DNA from: Bispira polyomma
Lineage: Eukaryota
Direction: 5' to 3'
Assembly: GCA_965649765.1 (NCBI GenBank)
Contig: OZ287753.1
Span: 37,882,001-37,946,000, forward strand
DNA: 64,000 nt
Shown here piece after piece: positions 49,001 through 56,879 of this stretch. The notes beneath the pieces are model-generated. The model searched no databases, was not told where the DNA came from, and saw only the letters and a list, made by a program, of their open reading frames with translations. The translations under genes were made by a program, and so were the position numbers. How positions within the stretch are numbered: the stretch's first letter is position 1; every line of letters starts with the position of its first letter.

Positions 49001-52000
49001 TCTCGTAAACGTCTGGAAATGGAGAAGGAAGAGCTGCAGTCCGCTCTGGAGGAGGCTGAGGCAGCCCTGGAACAGGAGGAGTCCAAGGTACAGCGTACAC
49101 AGCTTGAGATGAGCGCCATCAGACAAGACATCGACCGCCGCATGGCTGAGAAAGAGGAGGAATTCGACAGCAGCCGGTTAGTTTAACACTTCAACGCACA
49201 TGGGCTAAATGAACACAGGATGCAGCTGCAGATCAAAAAGTCCATCTCAATCATAGTTTCTCATACGCTGCACCCAAGTTATATGATGGCCTACCACATG
49301 ATATTAGATGTTCACCTTTCGCTTTCAACTTTTAGAGTTCAAGCTCTCAACCTATCTCTATCAAAAAGCTTATCCACGACTCCTTCCCTGGTAACGATTT
49401 TTTTTGCGCCTTAGAATTAGCTAGTACGGAGATTAAGCGCCATTACGGAATTGATTAGATCAGATTAGATATTGAAAGTAGTATCTCCTAATTATCACAC
49501 TATTTTTTACAGGATAAGAATTTTCAAGAGAGAATATCTAAGCAAATCTAAGTACAATATTTAAAATTTACAAATGTAAAGTAACAGCTAATTAATAAAA
49601 AATTATTTGGACAGCAGAATTATTATCTGAAGATGTTGGGAAAGCCTGTTTGTTTGTTTTTTTGGATAATAGAAGGTTCGTAAAACAGAAGAGGTATTTT
49701 AGTATAAAACATTAAGAGAATTGAAATGTGTGAAGGTAAAAGTGTGCTAAACTTCATAAAATTCAATATTCAGATGACAAAAGTTTGTATAATATTCTAC
49801 TATATTACATTTACAGCAAGAACCACCAACGTGCTCTTGACTCAATGCAAGCCAGTCTGGAAGCTGAGGCCCGTGGCAAGGCTGAAGCCATGCGCATGAA
49901 GAAGAAACTAGAATCTGATATTAATGAACTCGAGGTGGCCTTAGATGGTGCTAACCGCGGACGTGCTGAGGCTGAGAAGAACATCAAGAAATATCAACAA
50001 CAAATCCGTGAATTACAGATGTCTATTGAGGATGAACAGCGCAGCAGAGATGAAGCTCGTGAGGCCTACGCATCTTCTGAACGCCGTTCCAATGTCCTGG
50101 CTGGTGAAATTGAGGAACTGAGGACACAGCTCGAATCTGCTGAGCGTGCCCGCAAGGCTGCTGAGAGTGAGCTCCATGAAGCCAGCGATCGTGTCTCTGA
50201 GCTTTCTACACAGGCAGCCACACTCAATGCTGCCAAGAGGAAGCTGGAAACTGATGTACAGGCCATGCAGGTACAATTTGTATGACTAGATCATTGTTAC
50301 TGCTGTAAAATGTGTCAATTGCAGGATGCAAATCTAGTACTATAAAATGAGACAAAATGATGACCAGATTAAATTTCTTAAGATACTTATTATGAATACA
50401 TATAAGTTTTTATGCAAATATATATCGTAATTGCAGCTAATTAAAATGTTTATTGTTACAGAAGTTAATTGATATTGTTGTTCTGCTTTAGAAGATGCTT
50501 TGCATCTCTAAAGCACATTAAAAATCCACCATACAATACAACAAATTTATAATAATTATATATGAAAAGAACATATCTTTATTATACCAAAGGTATACAA
50601 TTATTTCTTGTGACACATATACTAAGTATTTTATCGTTGTGACAGACTCCACATTTTCTTTTCATTTCAGACCGATCTTGAAGACCAATCTGCCGAACTT
50701 AAAAACTCTGAAGATAATTCCAAGAAGGCCATGGCTGATGCTGCCAAGCTGGCTGAAGAGCTCCGCCAGGAACAGGACCATGCCGGACACATTGAGAAGA
50801 TGCGTCGCACTTTGGAGAGCCAGGTGAAGGAACTCCAGGGCCGTCTGGATGAATCCGAGGCGAATGCCATGAGAGGTGGCAAACGCATAATGCAGAAGCT
50901 CGAACAGCGCGTGCGTGAGTTGGAAGTTGAGGTCGACAATGAACAGCGCCGCAACAATGAGTCACAGAAGGGCATGCGCAAGCAGGAACGTCGTTTAAAG
51001 GAGTTGGCCTACCAGTCCGACGAGGACCGCAAGAGCCAGGAGAAACTGCAAGAGATGATCGAGAAGCTGCAGCAGAAGATCAAGACCTACAAGCGCCAAG
51101 TAGAGGAGGCTGTAAGTGTTTTAAATTTGTAGAGTTCCAAAAACTAGGAATCTAAAATTCACCACTGTATATCTAATGTCGCCACCTAGAAAATTTGTTA
51201 TATGTTTGCTGAAATTAAGATTTTTGTGACTATTTGGCCTTACTTACCTAGAATCAAGTTTTTATTTGTTTTTATTGATTTGGCTTCATTTGTAATACAG
51301 TCATAGTTAAAATTATTACTTTCTCTTATACTCGGATTTTTATTCATTAAAATTTACGAGTTGTCAATGTTTTTTTGGGTTTGCTATTAAGGAAAACCAG
51401 CGATTTAGTTTCAACACAAACTAATTACTTGGTACATTCTGGTCAATGTTGACTAAAAGTACACATGTAGTTGTGTACGAAATGATACAGTGCTATCCTT
51501 CAGTAGTTTATATTATAGGGATTGATACCTGCTGCAGAGTAATCTTATATACTGTAGAACCTCTATTTTAAAAAATTCTGTTACTTATATATTCAATGAT
51601 AAAGTGATTTTTCACCATCCCAATTTAATTATAATTTTTCCCCAAATGTCTTATAATTGAGATTTCTATACAGTTTTATAACATTTAAAATTAAAATATG
51701 CCATGAGATCTTGGCATCTTAGCATGTGTCAACACTGCTTTTACCCTTTTATCTCAAAATTACAGGAGGAAATTGCTGCTGTCAACCTGGCCAAATACCG
51801 CAAGGTACAGCATGATGTGGAAGAAGCTGAAGAACGTGCTGACATGGCAGAAAATACCTTGGCTAAGCTCAGGGCTAAGAACAGGAGTTCTGTGTCTTCT
51901 TCTAGGACAACCAGCTCCGTAAGTGACCATTAAAGTGTAGCATTAAGTATGATTCGAAACTTCATTCAAAGCCAAATATTTATGGCTTGTTTATAGTTTG

Positions 52001-55000
52001 CAGGGCAACCAGCTCTGTAAGTGACCTATTCTTGAATCATGATTCAAAACTTCATTTAAGACCTGATGTTTATGTCCTGTTATAGTTTCCAGGACAACTA
52101 TCTACCATAAGTGACTCTTAAAACTTCTGGCATACAGTATAGGTTTAAGGTACACATTTGTGCTATACCTATGAAAATAGAGTACTATTATTGAGGGCTC
52201 TCTATTCAAAGACAAACTCTGGTGTTATAGTATAGGATTAGAGGATACACATTAGTGTTATATCTTGAGTGGGGTTCTTTATATGTGTATCATATAAGTT
52301 ATAACCCACTTATTTTATGACATGATTTGCAACTTGGGAAGTTAAAAGTTTAATAGATTAACGGATATGAAGTACAAGTATTTATCCGATAAATGTAGAT
52401 TAATTTAAACTATCACATTTTTGCTTAATATATCTGTCTGTAATATAATAAAATACTTTCTAAACTATATTCTTTAGACAAAGTAATTTTGTTTAGATAA
52501 CACTCATAAGGATGCTAAAAGAGTTCAATAATGGAATAATACATGTGTATTTTACTTTGAAATCACAATTTCTAGATTGGAGGTCGAGGTGGAAATGTCA
52601 GTATAACATCTTCCACTCTCCGCACTAGGAGATCCACTTCTGATACCACTGAATAAGCTGCAATAGTTAATCAATTTCAAAAACAAACTTCTTTTAAGGT
52701 AAATTTGTCAAAGAAGCTGCTGTTGACAAAAAACAAGCATGATGCATGACAGTTCTGTAGTATAATGAAGTTATCAAACACGAGTTGTTCATTTGTATAA
52801 TAATCGTTAACAGTTTTGGCCTGAGAAATGAGCAGCTGAAATTGGTATATCAAAATTTTGTATACCAATTCTATTTATTTTGTCTTTTGTTTAATAGTAT
52901 TTCAGAAGGTGTTGAGCTGATGTTTTGTGCTGTTGTTTATATTTGTTGCTTTCTAGATATTATTTCTTAGTTTCAAGATAACAAACCATTATGTTTGTAT
53001 ATATTGTTGTTTTTGTTTTTCTTAATTTTCTTTTTGTTTCACATTTTCGGCTTGTAGGGAGGGACAAAGATTACTATCACTGAATCCAGAATGTCATCAT
53101 CTTAGATTCTTTCACCTGTAAGCGTCAAACATTCAGTCTTATAAGCTTGCAACCTCTCTTGCCTATGTCTATTTGATGGGAAATATTTATTTTAAATAAA
53201 GAGAGCCCCCCACCTTGTACCACCCCAGTATTTTTACTAATCAAAACCATTTTACCAATATTTGTAAACTCTAAAAATATCCTACAACCCTCTACTTACT
53301 GTAACTGTGTAGAAATACACAATACCAATGACCCCCCTTCTCAGAATACCAAGCACCGCACCTTCACTGCTAAAACATTGTCTTAACCTTATCCACCACT
53401 CTACTATAGGAGTAAATATAAATGATACTCTGTTACAGGAATAAATACAAAAATAAAATACTCTGTTATAGGAGTAAATACAAAACACATTTACTGCTAA
53501 AACCTTGTGTTAGTTAACCTTATCGCTCACTCTGCTATGAGAGTAAATACAAATAATACTCTGCTACAGGAGTAAATGTAAAAAATACCAAACACCTTTA
53601 CTGCTAAAACCTTGTGTTAACCTTAAACCTTGTGTCAACTTTATCACCCACTTTGATACATATAAGAGTAAATACAAAATACCTTTACTGATCAAAGCTT
53701 GGGTTAACCTCATTTCCCACTCTGATATATATCGGAGTAAATATGCAAACAAATAAATACTCACTAGAGAAAACCTTATATATTTCTTCTTGAAATACTC
53801 AGCTTTTTAAACAATATTTAAACAACAGTCATATTCAAGATTGACAGCATAGAAATCATTTGAAGCTTGACTTGTGAAGTCTTATTGTTTCTACTCTTGT
53901 AATTATGTTGACAGTAATTTGATAGTAGCATTCGCTTAGAATGAAATTAAAATATGCAAAAGATTCATTTTAGGACATTTTAGTTGATCCTTGAACACCA
54001 TGCATATATTTTATACCTATTGTTGTCTTGTCCAGTACCAATCTGTTTCTTGCCAACTATACCATGTCTGTTTACTTGATGCAGTGTTGTTTTCCTGTGT
54101 GCTGAATTCTTTCTTACAATACACTATAGTAGAACCTCTATTATCCAAACATTCCATTTTGTGAACTCCTTTCCACCATCCAAAATTCTATGTTTTTCTG
54201 GTGTTTTATACAGAAATACCTCTTCTATTTTATTAATCTTCCATTATCATGAACAAAATCTTGCTCTCCCAACATGTTTGGATCACAGATGTTGTACTGT
54301 ATATGTATTAGGTACCTAATACTGATTTATAGTGTCAGTTATTTACACAGCTATTTACAGCTTTTTATTCAACATACTTCATACAGAAATAGGAATTTGG
54401 AAGTATGTACTTTGTCTATTTAACAGAAGGCTACTACCTATTGTCCATTTAAATGATAGGTACTATCTACAGTGACTATTTAACAGATAGGTAGTATCTA
54501 TCAATAAAATAAAGAGAAGAAATTTATTCCTTCATTGAAATAATAATATTGTATTTAAGTGATTCTGAGACAAAAAACCGCCAATCACCATTGAATATGA
54601 TTACAAATTAGAATAATATATATTAGTCATATTACGAATGAATAAGCAAGCATTTTTATAAATTAAAGAAACTAAAATCAATTAAAGCTAATAATCATGA
54701 CATGAGTTTTATATACAAAACAGATCAGAAGATGATATGTGATTGAAGAATAATAATTTTTAATGAAGATAAAAAAAACATTAACTGACTAATAATAGAA
54801 TGTGTTTTTGTTTTCTTTTCTTGTTATCTTCAAACAGACCTATGACAACAACTACGGCTACAGATCTGCAAATAGTGGACTCAACAACTACATCTTAAAT
54901 AGATCGACGACATCATTAGCAGAACACTCATACTCTAGTCCCAAATCAGGGTCTGCTACTCGGGGAGGAGGGGCAACAGGAAGTGTGAAGTCCTGGGAGG

Positions 55001-55017
55001 AAGAAGAAGAGCGTTAA
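887..55017 (+). CDS. Mhc: Muscle myosin II heavy chain gene (multi-exon, extensive mutually exclusive splicing); span from start codon to last stop codon
   Basis: Exons in colinear order encode the N-terminal [19 protein letters not shown]-loop [13 protein letters not shown], switch I NNNSSRFGK, switch II LDIAGFE, relay [24 protein letters not shown]1/SH2 [18 protein letters not shown], converter, IQ region, [14 protein letters not shown] and a full coiled-coil rod. All junctions are GT-AG with compatible phases; one path sums to 5808 nt before the tail exon. Confidence 0.98.
1300..1770 (-). mobile_element. Degenerate 3' end of an L2/CR1-like LINE
   Basis: Minus-strand translations [14 protein letters not shown] and [18 protein letters not shown] resemble the FK...YK and WNxLP motifs of L2/CR1 ORF2 C-termini. 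Confidence 0.6.
2298..2441 (+). CDS. Mhc: Mhc exon 2a (alternative; [48 protein letters not shown])
   Basis: 144 nt, phase 0/0, aag|act...tat|gtgagt. Confidence 0.93.
2719..3045. mobile_element. MITE-like dispersed repeat (related copies ~32050-32175, ~33283-33480, ~45135-45350)
   Basis: Shared blocks tgaaggctatgcg and aaatatgcagtcagatttga; imperfect terminal inverted repeats (aaactcaagctcaaac / gtttgagtttga). Confidence 0.6.
3683..3826 (+). CDS. Mhc: Mhc exon 2b (alternative; [48 protein letters not shown])
   Basis: 144 nt, same phase as 2a, tag|act...tat|gtgagt; not in ORF track. Confidence 0.93.
5650..5834 (+). CDS. Mhc: Mhc exon 3 ([19 protein letters not shown]...[10 protein letters not shown])
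   Basis: 185 nt, cag|acc...ac|gtgagt. Confidence 0.96.
6453..6558 (+). CDS. Mhc: Mhc exon 4a (alternative P-loop/loop 1; [35 protein letters not shown])
   Basis: 106 nt, phase 2/0, donor tat|gtaagt. Confidence 0.92.
7264..7375 (+). CDS. Mhc: Mhc exon 4b (alternative P-loop/loop 1; [37 protein letters not shown])
   Basis: 112 nt, phase 2/0, donor aag|gtagaa. Confidence 0.9.
8797..8901 (+). CDS. Mhc: Mhc exon 5a (alternative loop 1/switch I; [35 protein letters not shown])
   Basis: 105 nt, phase 0/0, tag|ggc...ttt|gtaagt. Confidence 0.92.
9458..9545 (+). pseudogene. Decayed copy of exon 5 (pseudo-exon; [21 protein letters not shown]...)
   Basis: Acceptor-like attccag at 9457; 9489-9511 matches exon 5a 8819-8841 at 20/23 nt; the 3' part (EAYGNAK, NSSRF, donor) is missing or frameshifted. 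Confidence 0.6.
10396..10497 (+). CDS. Mhc: Mhc exon 5b (alternative; [34 protein letters not shown])
   Basis: 102 nt, cag|ggt...ttc|gtgagt; a second in-frame AG at 10404 could shorten it by 3 codons. Confidence 0.92.
11636..11731 (+). CDS. Mhc: Mhc exon 5c (alternative; [32 protein letters not shown])
   Basis: 96 nt, tttag|gtt...ttt|gtaagt. Confidence 0.93.
12114..12177 (+). CDS. Mhc: Mhc exon 6 ([21 protein letters not shown])
   Basis: 64 nt, cag|gga...t|gtaagt. Confidence 0.96.
12860..14420 (+). repeat. Degenerate ~600-bp tandem duplication, strongly pyrimidine-skewed, in intron 6
   Basis: caatctatcttag...ccttagctacctctcctgaa at ~12925 and ~13523; tttgctacttcctacttccacttt at ~13277 and ~13951. 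Confidence 0.8.
15320..15418 (+). CDS. Mhc: Mhc exon 7a (alternative; [33 protein letters not shown])
   Basis: 99 nt, phase 1/1, donor g|gtaaga. Confidence 0.93.
15881..15982 (+). CDS. Mhc: Mhc exon 7b (alternative; [34 protein letters not shown])
   Basis: 102 nt, phase 1/1, donor g|gtaaga. Confidence 0.92.
16718..16821 (+). CDS. Mhc: Mhc exon 8a (alternative; [34 protein letters not shown])
   Basis: 104 nt, phase 1/0, donor gac|gtatgt; not in ORF track. Confidence 0.93.
17599..17702 (+). CDS. Mhc: Mhc exon 8b (alternative; [34 protein letters not shown])
   Basis: 104 nt, phase 1/0, donor gat|gtatgt. Confidence 0.93.
18736..18839 (+). CDS. Mhc: Mhc exon 8c (alternative; [34 protein letters not shown])
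   Basis: 104 nt, phase 1/0, donor gat|gtatgt; not in ORF track. Confidence 0.92.
19251..19389 (+). CDS. Mhc: Mhc exon 9 ([13 protein letters not shown]...EQAEADGTS)
   Basis: 139 nt, GT-AG. Confidence 0.96.
19903..20021 (+). CDS. Mhc: Mhc exon 10 ([11 protein letters not shown]...[15 protein letters not shown])
   Basis: 119 nt, GT-AG; contains the cardiomyopathy-loop equivalent. Confidence 0.96.
20649..20798 (+). CDS. Mhc: Mhc exon 11 ([17 protein letters not shown]...[12 protein letters not shown]; switch II)
   Basis: 150 nt, GT-AG. Confidence 0.96.
21360..21530 (+). CDS. Mhc: Mhc exon 12 (relay; [20 protein letters not shown]...IELIEK)
   Basis: 171 nt, GT-AG, single copy. Confidence 0.96.
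21973..22152 (+). CDS. Mhc: Mhc exon 13 ([19 protein letters not shown]...[10 protein letters not shown])
   Basis: 180 nt, GT-AG. Confidence 0.96.
22542..22668 (+). CDS. Mhc: Mhc exon 14a (alternative; [42 protein letters not shown])
   Basis: 127 nt, phase 0/1, tag|gta...g|gtgaga; not in ORF track. Confidence 0.92.
23283..23490 (+). repeat. 42-bp minisatellite, ~4.5 copies
   Basis: tatgcgccat at 23285, 23327, 23369, 23411, degenerate at 23453. Confidence 0.92.
23570..23693 (+). CDS. Mhc: Mhc exon 14b (alternative; [41 protein letters not shown])
   Basis: 124 nt, phase 0/1, aag|gtc...g|gtataa. Confidence 0.9.
24254..24321 (+). CDS. Mhc: Mhc exon 15 (loop 2; [22 protein letters not shown])
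   Basis: 68 nt, cag|ag...agg|gtaagc. Confidence 0.95.
24800..24992. other. Assembly gap (193 N)
   Basis: Run of n. Confidence 1.
25262..25349 (+). CDS. Mhc: Mhc exon 16a (alternative; [29 protein letters not shown])
   Basis: 88 nt, phase 0/1. Confidence 0.9.
26298..26385 (+). CDS. Mhc: Mhc exon 16b (alternative; [29 protein letters not shown])
   Basis: 88 nt, phase 0/1; not in ORF track. Confidence 0.93.
27716..27803 (+). CDS. Mhc: Mhc exon 16c (alternative; [29 protein letters not shown])
   Basis: 88 nt, phase 0/1; not in ORF track. Confidence 0.93.
28671..28758 (+). CDS. Mhc: Mhc exon 16d (alternative; [29 protein letters not shown])
   Basis: 88 nt, phase 0/1; not in ORF track. Confidence 0.92.
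29825..30020 (+). mobile_element. tRNA-derived SINE-like fragment (related pieces ~43005-43130, ~44660-44900, and minus strand ~19515-19570, ~32545-32650)
   Basis: A-box-like tagtggtaac and B-box-like gggtt(t/c)(g/a)aa; shared tail (cattgtgatatgaca...ttaaacccaaa) on opposite strands at ~44846-44893 and ~19518-19562. Confidence 0.55.
30098..30215 (+). CDS. Mhc: Mhc exon 17 (SH2-SH1; [39 protein letters not shown])
   Basis: 118 nt, GT-AG. Confidence 0.96.
30965..31214 (+). CDS. Mhc: Mhc exon 18 (converter and first IQ)
   Basis: 250 nt; [17 protein letters not shown]...[13 protein letters not shown]...FQAHIRG. Confidence 0.96.
31566..31772 (+). CDS. Mhc: Mhc exon 19 (second IQ, head-rod junction)
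   Basis: 207 nt; [27 protein letters not shown]. Confidence 0.96.
32324..32475 (+). CDS. Mhc: Mhc exon 20 (S2; [15 protein letters not shown]...KELEER)
   Basis: 152 nt, phase 0/2. Confidence 0.95.
32954..33068 (+). CDS. Mhc: Mhc exon 21a (alternative S2; [38 protein letters not shown])
   Basis: 115 nt, phase 2/0. Confidence 0.9.
34351..34465 (+). CDS. Mhc: Mhc exon 21b (alternative S2; [38 protein letters not shown])
   Basis: 115 nt, phase 2/0. Confidence 0.92.
35095..35209 (+). CDS. Mhc: Mhc exon 21c (alternative S2; [38 protein letters not shown])
   Basis: 115 nt, phase 2/0. Confidence 0.92.
36036..36245 (+). CDS. Mhc: Mhc exon 22
   Basis: 210 nt; [19 protein letters not shown]...KLEGNIDE. 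Confidence 0.96.
36754..36899 (+). CDS. Mhc: Mhc exon 23
   Basis: 146 nt; [23 protein letters not shown]... Confidence 0.96.
37711..37720 (+). promoter_or_regulatory. MEF2-consensus site CTAAAAATAG (candidate internal muscle promoter/enhancer)
   Basis: Exact YTA(W)4TAR match with a CACCTG E-box about 40 nt downstream; can arise by chance in AT-rich DNA. Confidence 0.35.
38406..38753 (+). CDS. Candidate alternative first exon: 85-codon unique N-terminus reading in frame into exon 24 (headless rod isoform 1)
   Basis: ATG 38406 with in-frame TAA at 38370; open through the exon-24 acceptor into [17 protein letters not shown]. Confidence 0.5.
38663..38753 (+). CDS. Mhc: Mhc exon 24 ([30 protein letters not shown])
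   Basis: 91 nt, phase 2/0, donor atg|gtaagt. Confidence 0.95.
38796..39334. repeat. 255-bp-period tandem duplication followed by an inverted copy (foldback)
   Basis: Units start at 38796 and 39051; 39276-39334 is the reverse complement of ~38974-39036. Confidence 0.88.
41080..41535 (+). CDS. Catchin/myorod-like alternative first coding exon (152-aa non-helical N-terminus; headless rod isoform 2)
   Basis: aagATGG start with in-frame TAA 12 nt upstream; 456 nt open; phase-0 donor GAT|gtaggc compatible with exon 25 (ARIEELEEE). Size and position fit molluscan catchin. Confidence 0.8.
41769..41825 (+). CDS. Mhc: Mhc exon 25 ([19 protein letters not shown])
   Basis: 57 nt, phase 0/0. Confidence 0.96.
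43332..43418 (+). CDS. Mhc: Mhc exon 26 ([29 protein letters not shown])
   Basis: 87 nt. Confidence 0.96.
43694..43860 (+). CDS. Mhc: Mhc exon 27 ([19 protein letters not shown]...LAKIKSK)
   Basis: 167 nt, phase 0/2. Confidence 0.95.
44991..45069 (+). CDS. Mhc: Mhc exon 28a (alternative S2/LMM hinge; [26 protein letters not shown])
   Basis: 79 nt, phase 2/0. Confidence 0.94.
46431..46509 (+). CDS. Mhc: Mhc exon 28b (alternative hinge; [26 protein letters not shown])
   Basis: 79 nt, phase 2/0, ttttacag|a...agg|gtaggt; not in ORF track. Confidence 0.85.
46570..46742. mobile_element. Tc1/mariner(pogo/Tigger)-type MITE-like element (related ends at ~48454, ~49612-49730, ~51552, ~54127-54300)
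   Basis: Recurrent terminus (c/t)agtagaacct(c/t)tatt and its imperfect complement (gatactagaagttctagtg). Confidence 0.55.
47024..47559 (+). CDS. Mhc: Mhc exon 29 (LMM)
   Basis: 536 nt, phase 0/2. Confidence 0.95.
47793..48168 (+). repeat. ~190-bp tandem duplication that includes the exon-30 branch/acceptor region
   Basis: Near-identical units each ending tcttctgtattatttcag (47978 and 48168). Confidence 0.95.
48169..48428 (+). CDS. Mhc: Mhc exon 30 (LMM)
   Basis: 260 nt; [14 protein letters not shown]...RRENKNLA. Confidence 0.95.
48936..49176 (+). CDS. Mhc: Mhc exon 31 (LMM)
   Basis: 241 nt; [21 protein letters not shown]. Confidence 0.96.
49817..50270 (+). CDS. Mhc: Mhc exon 32 (LMM)
   Basis: 454 nt; [21 protein letters not shown]...VQAMQ. 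Confidence 0.96.
50671..51111 (+). CDS. Mhc: Mhc exon 33 (LMM)
   Basis: 441 nt; ...[12 protein letters not shown]. Confidence 0.96.
51766..51918 (+). CDS. Mhc: Mhc exon 34 (end of coiled coil; [13 protein letters not shown]...[14 protein letters not shown])
   Basis: 153 nt, phase 0 donor tcc|gtaagt. Confidence 0.95.
51904..52120 (+). repeat. ~90-98-bp tandem repeats (x2.3) of the exon-34 3' end and donor
   Basis: aggacaaccagctccgtaagtgacc / agggcaaccagctctgtaagtgacc / aggacaactatctaccataagtgac. Confidence 0.85.
52576..52656 (+). CDS. Mhc: Alternative tailpiece exon A ([26 protein letters not shown])
   Basis: tttctag acceptor, phase 0, Ser/Thr-rich tail; candidate donor aag|gtaaat at 52699. 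Confidence 0.75.
   Translation: MGGRGGNVSITSSTLRTRRSTSDTTE
53058..53105 (+). CDS. Mhc: Alternative tailpiece exon B ([15 protein letters not shown])
   Basis: Long polypyrimidine tract, tgtag acceptor, phase 0; candidate donor cct|gtaagc at 53118. Confidence 0.75.
   Translation, partial: GGTKITITESRMSSS
53365..53765 (+). repeat. Degenerate short tandem repeats
   Basis: Recurrent gagtaaatacaaa, actctg and ctgctaaaaccttgtgtta. Confidence 0.75.
54838..55017 (+). CDS. Mhc: Terminal tailpiece exon C ([14 protein letters not shown]...[12 protein letters not shown]) followed by 3'UTR
   Basis: Strong polypyrimidine tract plus cag, phase 0, 59 codons ending in an acidic run. Confidence 0.85.
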   Translation, partial: TYDNNYGYRSANSGLNNYILNRSTTSLAEHSYSSPKSGSATRGGGATGSVKSWEEEEER

Positions 55018-55728
55018 ACCATAGACACACAGAACATAGGCAACAACCGCCGATGACGTTTTGGGTGTAATTTGTGACAGTTCTCTTATCTTTTTTTCCA
55101 CCTCAAATGAAATGGACATTATTTGTATGTGATAGAAAGACGTATTACAGAAAAGTAAAAACAGATACTGTTGTTAGTCGTGTATTTTTTGTTAATGTTT
55201 TTTTTTTGTGTGTGTGCGAACACTTATTTATATCTTTGTTAGTTTTTAATTTATATATATATAATATATAATTTATATATGTAGCCTCTATTTTAAGATT
55301 TATAGCTGTAGTTTGAATGTTAAAACAAAGAGGAAATGAACCTAGAAAGAAATAACCCAAAATATACAAGATCAGTTTTTGTCGTGATAATAGAGACTAT
55401 AGACTATATATGGCACGTATACTATTGTGGCGACGCTGAGAACCTTGGACGTGTTAGTAATTATGGTGAATGTGTCAAGCTGTATTTGTTGTGACTTTCT
55501 GTAATACACAAAAAAAAAAACTCCCCAAAGAGCAGTCTCATGTAACTCTTTTGTTTGTTGTTTGTATTTCTTTCATTTAGCTACTGATTTGGGACTACAG
55601 ATATAGATCATAGATATTTGTTTTTAAAAAATCGAATGAGTCCTTCCATAGAAATTAATTAACTAGTCGTATACTGTTACACTGTTTTTTTTGTAACTGC
55701 TTCAAGATTAATTTTTTTTGAAACTGTT

Positions 55729-55734
55729 AATAAA
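55729..55734 (+). terminator. Candidate polyadenylation signal AATAAA
   Basis: About 710 nt after the stop, followed by a T/GT-rich tract; TE-rich DNA begins further downstream. Confidence 0.55.
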
Positions 55735-56879
55735 TCATGAATAAGCTTTGTATGTCTTTTTTTAAGTTTTATAGCATATGTATATAATTATCAAACATTT
55801 TCCTCAAACTTTGTTCAACCACTAGTGAGCAAATTGCACACATTTAAAATGAATTGAAGTGATACAAATGCATTTGTGTAATCAAGTGCCTTTGGTAGAC
55901 TTCGTGAGAAAGTAATACCACACTGTTTCTTGACTCTATTCAGAGGTTCTTACTGGAAGTCTCCAATGAACGTTGGAGTGCAACCTGATTTGATGGAAGG
56001 TGAAGATAAATTTGCAATCTTATAACAAAAAGCCAGTTGATTATATATTGTGAAATCAGTTTAGTCCTATGTTTCAAAAGCCTTTCACAGAGACCATTAT
56101 CACTTTTACATGTGGATTAGAAAGCTATACTCTTTAATTTTATCCAAAATTTCAGATTGAAAACTCTGTAGTAGTACCTAGAATTAAAAGTAAATGAACA
56201 AAATAGTTAATAGCTTATCTTAAAGATCATTTCACTACCTTATATCAATCCATTATAGAATAATCAGAAGAGTCATGCAGAAGAAACTGTATTTTAGATT
56301 TTAGAACCAAAAGTCACAACTCAAAGGTCAAAACGAGGTCATATGTTTTTTCCTCTACACCACCTGGCAAATACAATTGTGCTAAATATGAACCTTCTAT
56401 AATGAGATCATGTTAATACACTACAATAAACAAAACTGGAAACTTTCTTTTAGATATAACACTACCAAGCTACAATGAGAGAAAAGAGAGAAAGTACTTT
56501 ATCATAGTGTCACCTATAATAATATATAAAATGGAGACAGCCAGCCCAGTAGTTGGGCTTATGTAACACTCTATACAGATCAATTATATACACTAAATTG
56601 AGTTCACAAATATTTATAAACACAAATATTTTTAACAATATTTACTGCAGACATTACTACATACAAATATATTTTATGTTTTGCATTCTCTACAAATCTA
56701 GCCTGTAAACTTCTACAAGGCTCTGTCATCAGTATTTCAAAAGCTTAAGTAATATTCATGTTAAACACAATCCCATTAGGAGATGTGGCTTTATCAATGA
56801 AGCATTGTAATGGCTATGAAGCGCAGTAAGCGGAAGCTTGGCACACCTTGACAGCTTGATATGCCCAATATCAATCACA

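Noticed and set aside
36732-50981. Ser-rich minus-strand ORFs (e.g. 47185-47469, 48922-49143, 50667-50981)
   Set aside because: Antisense shadows of Glu/Lys-rich coiled-coil exons.
46982-51918. Separate paramyosin gene
   Set aside because: The rod exons are phase-continuous with the motor exons and are myosin-type; no paramyosin-specific termini.
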